From: Minutocellus sp. GHC0000111
Taxonomy: Eukaryota
NCBI GenBank assembly: GCA_977018835.1
Contig: OZ361260.1
Span: 2,046,001 to 2,110,000 of the forward strand
Direction of reading: 5' to 3'
DNA: 64,000 bases
Below the pieces are notes generated by a model. That model saw nothing but the letters and a program-made list of their open reading frames with translations. It ran no database searches and had not been told where the DNA came from. A program made the position numbers and the translations under genes. Positions 22,089 to 33,659 of this stretch are shown here, piece after piece. The stretch's first letter is position 1, and every line of letters starts with the position of its first letter.

Positions 22089-22430
22089 CAGGCAGAGAGA
22101 AAATGACATCAATGCTGTTGATGAGAACACATGTAGAAATTTCTACGGTAGGAATGGAGGGTGTTTTCTTGTTGCTTACCGGTAGATGTCATGCATGTTG
22201 ATCTAGCTAGATCTAGATCTCTAGATGTGTGATTGTAGATCTGCTACATCTGTAGTCGCGGCACATCCCAGCATGAAATGGAAACAGGGAGCGAAGCATT
22301 TTTTGTAAGTTCGCGTCTTTCTTACGTCAAGGCGAATCATGTCTGCGAGCGAGCAGGTCGAAACGGTCGAAATCCGGGCTGCTGCTGCTGCTCTGCTGCA
22401 GCTACGCATTACTACGTAGCTACGTAGCTA

Positions 22431-25400
22431 CCTTTCGAGTTCAGAGGATTTGAAAGTGACATGATGATGACGTATTAGAAACACGACCACACCAGACCAT
22501 AAATCCAAGCTCACTTTTTCTAACTCCGAGGAATAAATGACGGCCAAGATGGAAGTCGGGGCAAGAACCAAGTTATGGTCACCAACTTCTACATATAGTC
22601 GAGAGATATTGTGCACCAGAACCAATAAATGTACATTATGTGATGATTTTTTTCGACATTTGCATTCCTCACCCCGGGAAAAAATACATTTTTGGAAGCA
22701 CCAAATCAAAATGTAATGAATAGAAATGGACATGCTATGATAAGTTATAGCAAATCAATGACTCCATCGTCTTCATCATTTTCATCTATGTCGTCCTCAA
22801 TGTCATCATCTTCGCCGGGAGCATCAATTGGCCAGAGTGGTTCACCATCCTCTTCAGCTTCTTCCTCGGCAATTTTTGCGAGACCAGCCTTTCCCCGTCT
22901 GGTCTCCACAAGATTGTTACCGCCACGACTTCTCTTGATGTTGTTATATATCACTGGAAGTTTTCCAAATACATTGAGAAAGGCCTCTTTTGATGCGACA
23001 TTGGCCCATACTTTCATCACAGTCTTGTCAAGAGCATTCGCATCATTCTTCTGACCGCGATGCTCCTTTTCGACGGCCGACTGCAAAGACATCCAGATGC
23101 CGAGATCAAGAACATTTGTCTCGGGCGACCGAGGAACCTGCTGGATTATCTCAATCTTATATTTGTTTTTGAGGTCCTCGGTGTACTTCTCAACTGCTTC
23201 ATTGGACCCATGACCGCCGGCATTGTCCATCATAAGATGTATAACATCAGACTCCTGAATGTATTTTGTGGATCCCACTTCACCCAATGATGTGCGTCTC
23301 GAATCGCCTTCCCGACCTCATTCATAGTCTCCAACATCCATTTGGAGTCGCAGCTACAGTCCTTGGTAACCTTATCGCCCCGTTGACACCGCACCCCGAG
23401 CTCAAGGTCGTCGATCTCAACCTTCACCTTCTCTCCATTGCTATCAGGAGTGTGTCGCTTGAGACTCGAGATCTTTTGATTGTAGCCAACAGCGGCATGC
23501 TTGCGACTTTTTGCCTGACCGTCGGATTTATAGTCCTCGTATTGAAGTTCCAATCGCTCTGTAACAAACTCAGAAAGGCCGTAGATTTCGGCAATGTGGT
23601 CGCAAAGATGGCCGGCGGTCATGTCAGCATTCTCGTCGTAAATGTCGCGCCAATCTTTGTCATTTTTTAGCGCATCGTTGACCTTAGCATCTGGAGAGAA
23701 ATTCTGATTACGCGTAAGCTTTTCCACCTTCTGCTCCCTGGCGACTCTCTTGATCATGATGCGCCCATTGAAATCAACGTCTTTGGTTTCATCCTTCATT
23801 GGTCGGCCAACAACTCCAAGATACATAACTTTGACAGGGTGTCTTCTGGATCGAATTTTCGGGCTTGCCTCGGAAGCATGGATAGACGCGAGGTTCGGAC
23901 TACTTTGTTCTTCGTCAGAAAGTGGCAACATCTTGATCTTTCGTCGCCGAGTAGTAGTGTAAAACCACTTTTCATCAAGATACGCTACAGGAATGTTGGG
24001 ATCGGTCGCAATGTCCTCCCACTTTTCGATCCAATCAAGTCGCTTCCTACAACATTCGGGGGTGAGCCTCGGCTTCTCGATCGACGACTTCTCCTTACCG
24101 CCTTGCTTTTTCCACCAGCGAAAAAGCTGAAGACGATGGAGACTAATTGTCAGCCTATCTTCATCTGGAGTAGCTGATTTTGCGCTCATACAGTCAGCTA
24201 GCTCCTTAAAGGTTGCCATCGCACCCTTCATCCGAGTAGCATGCCGACACAGCTCGCGGAGACATCCTGGCTCCTTCTCCTCGATCATGTCCGTGTGTGC
24301 CTTCCTTCCACGAACCTCCTTTCTGCCGATGGGATTGCTGATGCCATCAGTAAGGCTTTTGTAGAGCTGGTCTCTCCACTTGTAAAGCTGAGAACCACCG
24401 GTTGACTTGGCATAACCGTGATCGTACGCAACTTGCCGACACGCGGCAGTTGCAATTTGTTGCCGGTCTTCATGCGTGCGAGTTGGGTCGCCGTATCCCC
24501 CCACCAATCCGCGAGAGCCACGGCGCTGAACCGCATTCTTTCATTCGCCTGCTTTTCTTTTCTGATTGGTATTGGTTCGGTGACGGTTGCATTGGGACGA
24601 GGAGGACGGAGCATGTCATCGTTGGCCATCCGAACAACAAAGTCGAGGCCGAGAGCGACCTTTACCTGTTCATCAATGTCACTGGAGGTGGCACAGACAA
24701 CGGAAGTATCGGCTCCTCCTAAACCTTCATCATTGGGGGAGGCTGCAGCTGCTTCAGTGGCGGAAGTATCACCAGTTCCCTTCAGCATGCTGAGGAGACT
24801 TGCTGGCATCCAACCCAGTTTCTTGGCCTCGTCGACTAGTGATTTTGCTCTTGCTTCGCAATGCGCTGACTGTGCCTCCTTTCTGTGAGCTGACAACCTC
24901 TCACCTAGCTTAGTAGCTAAGACAGTCGAGCGCCCAGAGAACAGAACTTCATCGGGATTTCTTTTCTCGTGCACCTTCTGTCCCTCCGGTCCAGAGAATT
25001 TCGGGTGGTTGTCCTCCTTCTTTTTGCGCAACCTGTGAGCACAAACATAAAGCGCCCTCTGCGTCTTGTCTTCCCTCTCGGCCGATGCGTCGACAAGTGC
25101 AACTTCAAACTACAATGCTCCTTGAGATGTTGCTGCATATCCTTCCATTTTTCCTCGTTGTACTGTAGCTCATACTTTCCTCCACCGACGGACTTGGAAC
25201 GCAACAAGTCGGCCTCGATGAAAGCAGGGAGGACGTCTTCCCATTTCTGCCGAGAACCAACACAAATGTCATCTTTGCCGCAGGAATCGGGGGGGTTACT
25301 CTCCACCACAGATCCTTACCAGCCCTTCGAATGACATCTGCTGCAAGGAGAAAGGCCATGGGGATAGGAGGAGGGGCCGTCCTCTTCTTCGCCGACGACG

Positions 25401-25885
25401 GTGACGGTTTGGCGGGCGAAATTGACCGACCGTGGCCGCCGCTTCTTCGACGTGTTTGCGCTCGGCGATGGTGTTTTCGGCTCAGCTGCCGCCTTTGCCG
25501 CCTTCCTGGATGCCTTGGTGTTGCCTCTCTTGCTCCCTGAGAACGAAGTTCTGCTGCGTTTGTATTTTTTGGGCGTGGTCTGGTTGGTCGTCGTCATCGT
25601 CACAAAATTTGCGGGTTGCGGTGTGAGGGTGTGCGGGGGACCAAAAAACACATGTGTTCCTGCCAGAATCTACTGGACCTGCGAATTCAGTGGATACTAC
25701 TGGTCGGTGGCAACCTACTGAATGAGCAGGTCCAGTAGATATCCACGAGTTGAGGAGTATTTGCGTTCCTCCCGAAGAGAATATCGACTAACAAAACACG
25801 TGTGGTGGGAAATGAGAAATGGGTGCAAGAATGACGTTTTTTAGGGGTTATTGGTATACCCTCTAAATCCTCTGAAACCGAAAGG
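22431..25885 (-). mobile_element. Tc1/mariner superfamily DNA transposon (DD39D type)
   Basis: Imperfect TIRs CCTTTCGAGTTCAGAGGATTT (left) and CCTTTCGGTTTCAGAGGATTT (right, reverse complement), flanked by TA at 22429-22430 and 25886-25887. Confidence 0.92.
22745..25597 (-). pseudogene. DD39D transposase, frameshifted in several places
   Basis: YLDEKWFY, KVMYLGVVGRP, MDNAGGHG and QVPRSPETNVLDLGIW, with 39 residues between the 2nd and 3rd Asp. Split over five consecutive ORFs starting from ATG 25597. Confidence 0.88.
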
Positions 25886-26097
25886 TACGTAGTAGAGACT
25901 AGCTCTAGACTAAAACTAGTGACTAGACCTAGAGGCAGGGCAGCAGCAGCAGCAGCATGACTGTATCGGCCGACACATCATGTTTTGGGGGCGGAGTGAC
26001 GCGTGTATGTAGCACTCTGCTCACCCTAGCCCTACGTAGCTAGCTAGTGCAGAGCTTTCCCCGGCACGTGTCCAAGACTAGTTCTCAAGTTGTTGTC

Positions 26098-27723
26098 ATG
26101 TCGGCACCTGCATGTTCTACGTTAGACCATCACAACATTTCTTCCTCGCTTCCGAGTCATCAAAGTCCGATCCTCCAAGTTCGTCATCATCCGAGATTGG
26201 TTCCTTCTTCTTCTCTTCTTCATGTTTCCGATCAGCAAATTCCACTCACAATTCAGCCGAAATGCACACGGCGTAGGAAGCGAAGGGTGTCTGTACCAAT
26301 AGAACAGAATAGATGGTGGCTGAAGCAATATGACGCCAAGGCGTATCCAGACGCTTTGGTACAACCCAACGCAGGAGAATGCAAAATGATGCATGAATGG
26401 CAGAAGATGGCAGGGGCCTCCATCTCAACATGCAATGATTTGCATTTGTGGCAGCTTGGCGATCTGCTCCCTATCGATGGTGAGACGATGTTGCTGGGCA
26501 CAGGAACGTGGAGACATGCTTTCAATGTTCGAGATTATGATGGCAATCGGTTTGCATTGAAAATGCTCAGAGCCAGTGATGGAATGCATGGCGAGGGATG
26601 GTTCAGTCCCAGAAACTATGAAGGTGCACGTCGCGACGCCATTATGAATGAACGCCTTACAACTCCCAACCCATCTCACGTCCTTCAAACATTTGGCCAC
26701 TGTGGTTTGTCGGGCGTCTTTGAACTCGCAGATGGAGGCGTTCTGAAGAACTTGCTTTGGTATCACGACGGGGATGGAGAAGAATACGAAGCCCATTGGA
26801 CGATGCTCGATCGACTGAGAATTGGAACACAAATTGCTATTGGGTTGAAAGAAGTGCACACTGTCGGCGGAGATGATAATCCACCGCCCTTTAGCACTTG
26901 CGATCTTCAGATCGACCAAATTTTGAACGTAAACGGATCTTGGAGAGTGAGCGATTTCAATCGAGGAGAATTCTTGCAAATTGACCACCGAGGCAAACCG
27001 TGTCCATATACTCAGCAGTTCAATGCTGGAAATGATGTCACACGATCCCCAGAGGGATTTTCTTGGACGGGCAATTCCCTCACTTCTGCTGTTGATGTGT
27101 ATCATCTTGGAAGCATACTCTACGCGCTGTTGACGTCTATGCAGCCGTACGGTGAGTATCTCGAAGGAAAAGAGATTGAAGATCATTGGCATATCAAGTT
27201 TGATATTATTCACGAAAAGATTACTGTTGGAGCGACACCGAGGGTACCCCAGTACTTATTGAGGCGTCGCAACCCTGCTACAAAAGCACTCATCAAGGCG
27301 ATAAAAATGTGCCTGAGATTTACAGCAACGCTCAGGGCCTCAGCATCACAAGTGGCCGATTACCTGAGTGGCGAATTAGAAGAGATTGAGCGTCGATTGG
27401 TGGATGATCCAGCGTACCGGTACAGCCGTGACTTTGCACCGCCTCGAATGCTATTTTTTACTTCTGGTGGTACTGCATATCGGCTCGAACCGCGCGACTG
27501 GCCTGTGTCTGATAAGTTGACCATGTCGATGTGGATGGACGACGACACACATAATCCCCAAGATGCGGATTTCATCGACTTGCTCAACAGAATGCCTTCC
27601 ACACCTTCCTGCCGTCCTCCATGCAATGAATTTCACGAAAATACGTTTGAATGGGCGGCTCTCAAAGAAGTCGATGCGTGTTCCGTCGTTCAGTGTTCCG
27701 TCCAAGACAAGGTGCCTGTTTAG
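26098..27723 (+). CDS. Protein kinase-like protein (divergent catalytic loop)
   Basis: LGTGTWRHAF, FALKMLR, CDLQIDQIL, SDFNRG, RSPE and VDVYHLGSILYALLT. Confidence 0.8.
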   Translation: MSAPACSTLDHHNISSSLPSHQSPILQVRHHPRLVPSSSLLHVSDQQIPLTIQPKCTRRRKRRVSVPIEQNRWWLKQYDAKAYPDALVQPNAGECKMMHEWQKMAGASISTCNDLHLWQLGDLLPIDGETMLLGTGTWRHAFNVRDYDGNRFALKMLRASDGMHGEGWFSPRNYEGARRDAIMNERLTTPNPSHVLQTFGHCGLSGVFELADGGVLKNLLWYHDGDGEEYEAHWTMLDRLRIGTQIAIGLKEVHTVGGDDNPPPFSTCDLQIDQILNVNGSWRVSDFNRGEFLQIDHRGKPCPYTQQFNAGNDVTRSPEGFSWTGNSLTSAVDVYHLGSILYALLTSMQPYGEYLEGKEIEDHWHIKFDIIHEKITVGATPRVPQYLLRRRNPATKALIKAIKMCLRFTATLRASASQVADYLSGELEEIERRLVDDPAYRYSRDFAPPRMLFFTSGGTAYRLEPRDWPVSDKLTMSMWMDDDTHNPQDADFIDLLNRMPSTPSCRPPCNEFHENTFEWAALKEVDACSVVQCSVQDKVPV

Positions 27724-27910
27724 CGATCATTAGTTGCATTATTCATAATGCAGCAGTTGACTGAAAAGAAAGTAAAGTAGTAGACAAAAGCAGCTACGAA
27801 CCATTCAATTCATACCGTTCACTAAATGTACTTAGAGCCATGTAAATACTCTCCAAATATGATCTATATAGTTGAGCTATGTGCGCAGCCAGTAGCTATT
27901 CCTTGGCTCA

Positions 27911-29866
27911 TCAGATGGATACGGATGATTTCTTGTCGCCGAATAGCTTTTCTGTACCAAAGTTCAGATGTTCCTTGAGCCACGGTCTGGCGTACATGAG
28001 ATAAAGCATCGTCCTTGTTTCGCTCTGGGATAGATTCTCGGTTCCCCGATGACACGTTCTGTAATCATACATCATCGCATCACCTCGGCGCAGCAGTGGA
28101 GCAACAACTTTGTTTCTCGACATCCACTCATCCTCTTCTGTCCCCAGCACCATTCTCATGCTTGCCTTGTGATCACCAGCAGCACTCCATTTGCTTTCTA
28201 TCATCGCCCATTTCATCAACTCTTCGTTCACCTCCTCAGCTCGTTCACTTAAATTTGTTCCCGGCAGGAACTCCGTAGGTCCCAACTCGTCGGTCACATC
28301 ATCTAGCGGTATGAAGACATTGAAGGCATACGATGGGACATCCAGCATGTCTTCCTCCGGGAACAACGGCTCGCCATCCTGGTGCCAAGGTTGGTTCTGA
28401 CTCCCCGGAAATGAAAATATGAGGCCAGCATAGACCAACTCGGCGTTTCCGTTCTCTCCACCCAGCATATGCTTGATGATAGGTAGAAGGACAGGGTTCG
28501 ATATGACCCGTGGGTCATTAAATTGATATTCATCCATTCGATAGCGCGAGTCGATGCGACCAATGCAGCGAGAGGCTACCTCATGGTACCGAAAGTTGAT
28601 TCCAGTTTCAGTGCTGCCATTCATTTCTTTCCTCTTTCGACGATCTTTCTCTTCTTTGGCTGCTGTTTCTTTGGATGGCATTTTCATCTCGTCTTCTGGG
28701 GTTGTATCTACCATCACGACACTGTTCCTCTCAGCATTTTTGTTTGTACCATCCAATGCCATCTTTGTACCGCCGCCCGCTTCTTCTAACACCCTCCACT
28801 TTTCGGCCTTCTCGTCTAGCCTTTCGCAAAGCTCCAACTCAATCTCCCGTGCCGCAGCTACAAGCTCATTCATCAAGTCCGAAGGAATAATTGGTTCTTG
28901 CAAGTCGCCGTCGATCGCACCACGACTGTCACCACCACTTGTGCCTACAAACTCCACATCACTGTCCACCATCTCTGAAACCGAGGCCGTCGAAGGCTGC
29001 TGCGTGCTGTTGCGAATGATGAGAAGTCCGACATTCGACATGATGGTTTGGCACATTGACAGTGCCTGCTGCCGCTTCAGGACGAGACTCCGCTCATCCT
29101 CCCCTTCATCATCCGAATTGATCAAATCATATGGATCGTCCGCATTCCCGGCTGCCGCTGCCGTCTTTGCCGACAGCTTCCTCGCTTTGCTGCTGGCGGC
29201 AACAACATCTGGCGCTGAATCTCTCCACAGCTTGACTGGCATCATGCTCCCCACCCCAACAGTCTCGGTGCACAGGTTGAGAGTTTGTATTTGGGCGTCA
29301 GATCCAAGGCGTCTCCGCCGCCGCTGATGGATGAGCCACTCCCGCTCGGTGAGCTTCGTCGTCTCATACTCGCGCTGGAGGTAAAGTCGTTCGGAATTGG
29401 TGAGTCCGTCGGGACCCTCCTTCTCCTCCTCCCCCTCCTGCTCGTATTCATCGGAGGAGTATTGCTCTGCAACCTCTTCCACTTCATCGTCGTCATCGTC
29501 GCTTTCTACCTCTACTTCCACTTCCTTTCCATCCATTCTGCCGCTGTCATCACCAGGACCCATTTCGTTGGCCAGATTGCGTTGTCGGAGCTTGGATGCC
29601 TGGGAAGCGAAGCGCGCGCTGTTTGTGGTATCGAAGGGCGGTGGTTTCGAGACCATGACTTCAGCAGCAGCATCAATCTCCTCTTCGTTGTCTTGGCCAC
29701 CGCCGAAGAGACTGGCGCTTAGGCTCGACGCACCGGTTGCAGACGCCGCGGCACCATCACCCCTGGCACTATTACTGGCCGCGGGCCCAAAGAGGGCATC
29801 CGAGAGAGACGATGATGAAGTGGTCTTTGCCTTCTTGGCGTCGGGTTCCTCATTGCTGTTGCCCAT
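27911..29866 (-). CDS. Phytanoyl-CoA dioxygenase (PhyH) family protein
   Basis: QPWHQDG, NVFIPLDDV...GPTEFLPGT and GDAMMYDYRTCHRG; long acidic N-terminus. Confidence 0.85.
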   Translation of the reverse strand: MGNSNEEPDAKKAKTTSSSSLSDALFGPAASNSARGDGAAASATGASSLSASLFGGGQDNEEEIDAAAEVMVSKPPPFDTTNSARFASQASKLRQRNLANEMGPGDDSGRMDGKEVEVEVESDDDDDEVEEVAEQYSSDEYEQEGEEEKEGPDGLTNSERLYLQREYETTKLTEREWLIHQRRRRRLGSDAQIQTLNLCTETVGVGSMMPVKLWRDSAPDVVAASSKARKLSAKTAAAAGNADDPYDLINSDDEGEDERSLVLKRQQALSMCQTIMSNVGLLIIRNSTQQPSTASVSEMVDSDVEFVGTSGGDSRGAIDGDLQEPIIPSDLMNELVAAAREIELELCERLDEKAEKWRVLEEAGGGTKMALDGTNKNAERNSVVMVDTTPEDEMKMPSKETAAKEEKDRRKRKEMNGSTETGINFRYHEVASRCIGRIDSRYRMDEYQFNDPRVISNPVLLPIIKHMLGGENGNAELVYAGLIFSFPGSQNQPWHQDGEPLFPEEDMLDVPSYAFNVFIPLDDVTDELGPTEFLPGTNLSERAEEVNEELMKWAMIESKWSAAGDHKASMRMVLGTEEDEWMSRNKVVAPLLRRGDAMMYDYRTCHRGTENLSQSETRTMLYLMYARPWLKEHLNFGTEKLFGDKKSSVSI

Positions 29867-30279
29867 GATTGCTTTGACGAAGTTGATTTCCTTGCTAGCT
29901 TGTCATCGTCTTTCCGCCGCCGCCGCCAGACGGATAATAAAATTGCAAAATGATGCTCCATCCGCTCCAATGTCCGCTCCGTTCGACCGTCCATCCGCGC
30001 TCATGCATGCGCCATCGCAGAGATGCTATTGCACTATGGCGCGCCGCTCGACGGACTCCACTAGCTAGTCCACTCCTCGACTCAGCCATTCCTCTACCGT
30101 ACCAGGTAGGCCTACGACTCTACGACTCCTCGACGACCACCCACAATACGATACAAGCATCACAGTTTGATTGGTAATAACATCCGACGAAGACAAAACG
30201 ACAAAAAAGATAGAGCATCACCACAAATTGATTACAACTCAATAACAACCGTCAAAGGCAAAAAACGACAGCCAAGAAG

Positions 30280-31359
30280 ATGCCGATTGCCAACGATTTT
30301 ACCTTTGTCCACATCCCCGCCAACCCGTCAAAGCCCGTTACGAAGAAGACGGCGTCCAAATCTGGCGGGCTGCAAAACGATGCCCTCATCGCATACGCCA
30401 AGCACTACTTCCAGGCCCAATCTGGAAATGCCGCACGCCTCAACGCCCTCGAAGAGTTTGGCCCCGATGAGAGAGTGGGTTTGGCCGCCAAGTTGCGAGC
30501 GCAGGCGGGCAATTCTCCCCAGGTGATGCAAATGAGCGATGACGATATGATCAATCTTCTTCGCACCAGCTACGAGTCGACCAGCTGTGAGATTACGGCA
30601 CTGACTGTGCCGACCAAGGACAATGAATACCGTGCCGTGAGCATGTACGGGGCAGACAATGCCCGAAACGACAAATTGCCATTCAACAAGCGTGCGACAG
30701 AGCTACTCGTCGCTACAGGACATGCCCCTCCTTCTGGTGGAAAAGATGAGGACGGTAACGATCTACCCTCGGGTGTATGTGGTGATGTCTTTGTCGGACG
30801 GTGTCACGACGATGAGGTTGGCGATGTTTGGGAGAGGGTGGACTTTACCATCGAAGATGCCGACTGTCGTAGCGACTGGTGTCGCCAGGCGCGCAAACCT
30901 GGTGGCGGTGGCGGACGTGGCGCTGGAGGTGATGGTGGAGCGGCGGCTCCAAGTTTGAGTAACTTGATGGCACAGCAGCTTGCCGCGGCGCAGGGGGGTC
31001 ACTCCGGTGCAACAGCAGCGGGAGGTCTGCCCTTACTTCAACAAGGCGCCGCCGGTGTCGGAGGAGAAGCCGATGCTGGCACTTACAAATGGAGCCAAAC
31101 AGACGAAGAAGTCGAACTGAAATTTGCTGTGGCCAAGGGAACAAAGAGCAAATACATCAAGGTGAATTTTGGACGGCAAAAGGTTAAAGTTACAGTTGCT
31201 GGGACGACTCTTGTGAATGGCAAGACTGGTGGCGATATTGTGGTCGACGAAAGTACATATACGCTACAAGATGATCCGGACGGCAATGGGCGGGAGCTCT
31301 GTGTCACTCTTAGCAAGGCCGACGCATCCAACTGGCCTTGCCCAATTGAAGTGGAATAA
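30280..31359 (+). CDS. CS (p23/NudC-like) domain protein
   Basis: C-terminal YKWSQTDEEVELKF...IVVDESTYTL...LCVTLSKA...W. Confidence 0.8.
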   Translation: MPIANDFTFVHIPANPSKPVTKKTASKSGGLQNDALIAYAKHYFQAQSGNAARLNALEEFGPDERVGLAAKLRAQAGNSPQVMQMSDDDMINLLRTSYESTSCEITALTVPTKDNEYRAVSMYGADNARNDKLPFNKRATELLVATGHAPPSGGKDEDGNDLPSGVCGDVFVGRCHDDEVGDVWERVDFTIEDADCRSDWCRQARKPGGGGGRGAGGDGGAAAPSLSNLMAQQLAAAQGGHSGATAAGGLPLLQQGAAGVGGEADAGTYKWSQTDEEVELKFAVAKGTKSKYIKVNFGRQKVKVTVAGTTLVNGKTGGDIVVDESTYTLQDDPDGNGRELCVTLSKADASNWPCPIEVE

Positions 31360-31569
31360 CAGTGTAAATTGAGTGGCAATGCTTGCAATGAGCAACTACC
31401 GGTAAATAAATTGATCTGGCTAGGACTAATTACGTACCTAGTCTAGCTAGCTAGTAGGTAGATGTGGCGTACTAGCTAGTATGCATGTGTTTATATAAGT
31501 TGAAATAGCAGAATTTTCTAAGCTAACTTTGTGTGGTTCAGTTCGTTCAAAGTTCTGAAATACGGTATG

Positions 31570-33147
31570 TCACGAACATCGAACAACAACACAACTAATA
31601 TCGTCGACCTTACCCCCCAAACCGGACTTGTACTTTTCGTATCGTTGTTTTTTGGCCTGTTTGGCATACGGCGTCGGTGCCTCTGTATCCAGGGAAACAG
31701 CGCGGGATTGGTTGATAATCTTGCCGGCCATCATCCCCGCTCGGTCTGGTACAGAGCTGATTTGTTCCCAAATATCGTCCGGTGTAAGGTTGTCGAAGAT
31801 TCCATCGCTCCCTGCAACGATAATATCGCCAGGCTGCAATGGAAAGGTAAGCTTTGTGGCGTCCTTGGCTCTATCCGGCGAGTCACTGGCAAGCTGATAC
31901 GGGCAATCGAAGTAGTGCAAAATTTCCTTGGTCTTGGCGGCGACCTTGCCATCACGATACACTACGACGCTGCAATCGCCGAGGGTTAGAACGCGCAGAA
32001 TGTTATCCTCGCCTATGGATGCCAAGGACGCCGTAGACGCTCCCGTTGCCTCCATATTGGCAATTTCCGCGGCTGTTGCCAACGCATCGGTCATTTCACT
32101 GATGGTAAGGCCATCGTCACTGATGAAACTCTTAATTTGCGAGGCCAGTGTGAAGGAGTACAACGCCATGCCCTTCTCCTTGAGCGCCCCTGAGACGCCA
32201 TCGAAAATGCCAAACGAGCGGCCCTTGGTAAAAGCTGCATCTTCACCTCCCCAAGAAATTTTTTCGGGAGAGGGCAACACCTTGGACGCCACCTCAATCT
32301 TGATGGGAGTTTCCGATGGAACGATGATGTCATCTAACTTGGGCTTGGTCTTGAAGAGGTCGGTGATTGCAAAGCCTCCCTTCTTTGATGATGCCGGTGC
32401 AGCAGTCACATCTTCCTCCACCGCCTTGACTGGAGCAGGAGCAGTAGACGCTGCTGGGGATGGGGCTGGAGCAGAAGATGCCTTGTCTTTGTAAGAGCCA
32501 GCGTACGCGCCATCGTCCGCAATGACCTCCTCGATGATACCGCCGGCGCTGGCAGTGGAGGGGGCAGCAGCTGGAGAGGAAGCAAAGAATGCCCCGAATC
32601 CCTTCTTCGGAGCCTTCATAACTTCCTCTACGATCCGTTCGTCGTCAGTGGTGTTGTCTGTAGTAGTTGATTCCTCAGTCGCGGCACTGCCACTCATCAA
32701 CGAGGCGAAGAACCCACCTCCACCACCACCGCTCCCACTTTTGCTTTCTTCCGTGGCCCCGTCCCCCGCTGCCGCAATCGCTTCTGCCTCCTTCTCCTCC
32801 AACGATTCCTCGTATTCCCTTCGCTTCTGCTTCATGGTGCGCTCCTGCGTCTTGGTCATTTTGACGGCCGGGAAGGTGTCCGTCGGGGGCTCCCAAACGC
32901 TCTCCCCGGTCTTGCCATTGAAGAAGTATACTAGTCCGGTCGTCTCATCATCTAAATACGCCGTCCAGTCGCCCTCGGTTGCCAGCGGCTTGAGGTCCAT
33001 GCACAGCCTAGTTGGTGCTCTACCACTGCACGTAGCAGATGGCACGACAAAGGCCAAACAACCGCAGGACGAGACGTCGGGATGGACCCCAAGCAGGATG
33101 GTCAGGCCAAGTGCCAATGCTGCTGTCGTCACTGGTGCTTGCCTCAT
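31570..33147 (-). CDS. PTC7-type PP2C phosphatase with a WW domain and bipartite plastid presequence
   Basis: Signal peptide ending CLA-FVVP; WW domain WTAYLDDETTGLVYFFNGKTGESVWEPP; GGEDA, FDGVSG, GDC, GSDGIFDNL and GGKVDDISCVV. Confidence 0.9.
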   Translation of the reverse strand: MRQAPVTTAALALGLTILLGVHPDVSSCGCLAFVVPSATCSGRAPTRLCMDLKPLATEGDWTAYLDDETTGLVYFFNGKTGESVWEPPTDTFPAVKMTKTQERTMKQKRREYEESLEEKEAEAIAAAGDGATEESKSGSGGGGGGFFASLMSGSAATEESTTTDNTTDDERIVEEVMKAPKKGFGAFFASSPAAAPSTASAGGIIEEVIADDGAYAGSYKDKASSAPAPSPAASTAPAPVKAVEEDVTAAPASSKKGGFAITDLFKTKPKLDDIIVPSETPIKIEVASKVLPSPEKISWGGEDAAFTKGRSFGIFDGVSGALKEKGMALYSFTLASQIKSFISDDGLTISEMTDALATAAEIANMEATGASTASLASIGEDNILRVLTLGDCSVVVYRDGKVAAKTKEILHYFDCPYQLASDSPDRAKDATKLTFPLQPGDIIVAGSDGIFDNLTPDDIWEQISSVPDRAGMMAGKIINQSRAVSLDTEAPTPYAKQAKKQRYEKYKSGLGGKVDDISCVVVRCS

Positions 33148-33659
33148 TTTTCCAATGATATGGGCACCTGGTCTCTCAGATTATCTATTTGAATGATGCT
33201 CGAGAACGATGTGCAATTGCCGAAAGTGAAGATTCACGGATTCTCGCTCAGCTCTAGCTAGGCCGGGTAGTCTAATGCGAGTGCAAGTGTACGACCTCGG
33301 AATAAGATGCAAAGTTAGTGGCAAGTAAGCCGGCGCGAGCACGTCGCGTCATGGCTTTTCGCTGATCGATGTCGTCGGGGCTCTACTTGCTTGCTGTTTC
33401 TGCATGATGACAACCTGAAACCTAGCTACGTACATGTAGGCCTACGTACGGCTAACTAGCCAGCTTACGAGCGTGTTTATCATGTCAACATCTTAGACTA
33501 GCGGCACTGCCTCTTAAACTGGCACGTGCGCTGAATCCCAATTTCCAATGTTGGTCGAGTTAAATCCTTTGTAGACGACTTGAATATGGAACGGGGTACT
33601 GTAAGCATGAGAGTAGCCTTTGTGCTACGATCTGCTGAGGTTCAGCCTCTTGTTCCGGC

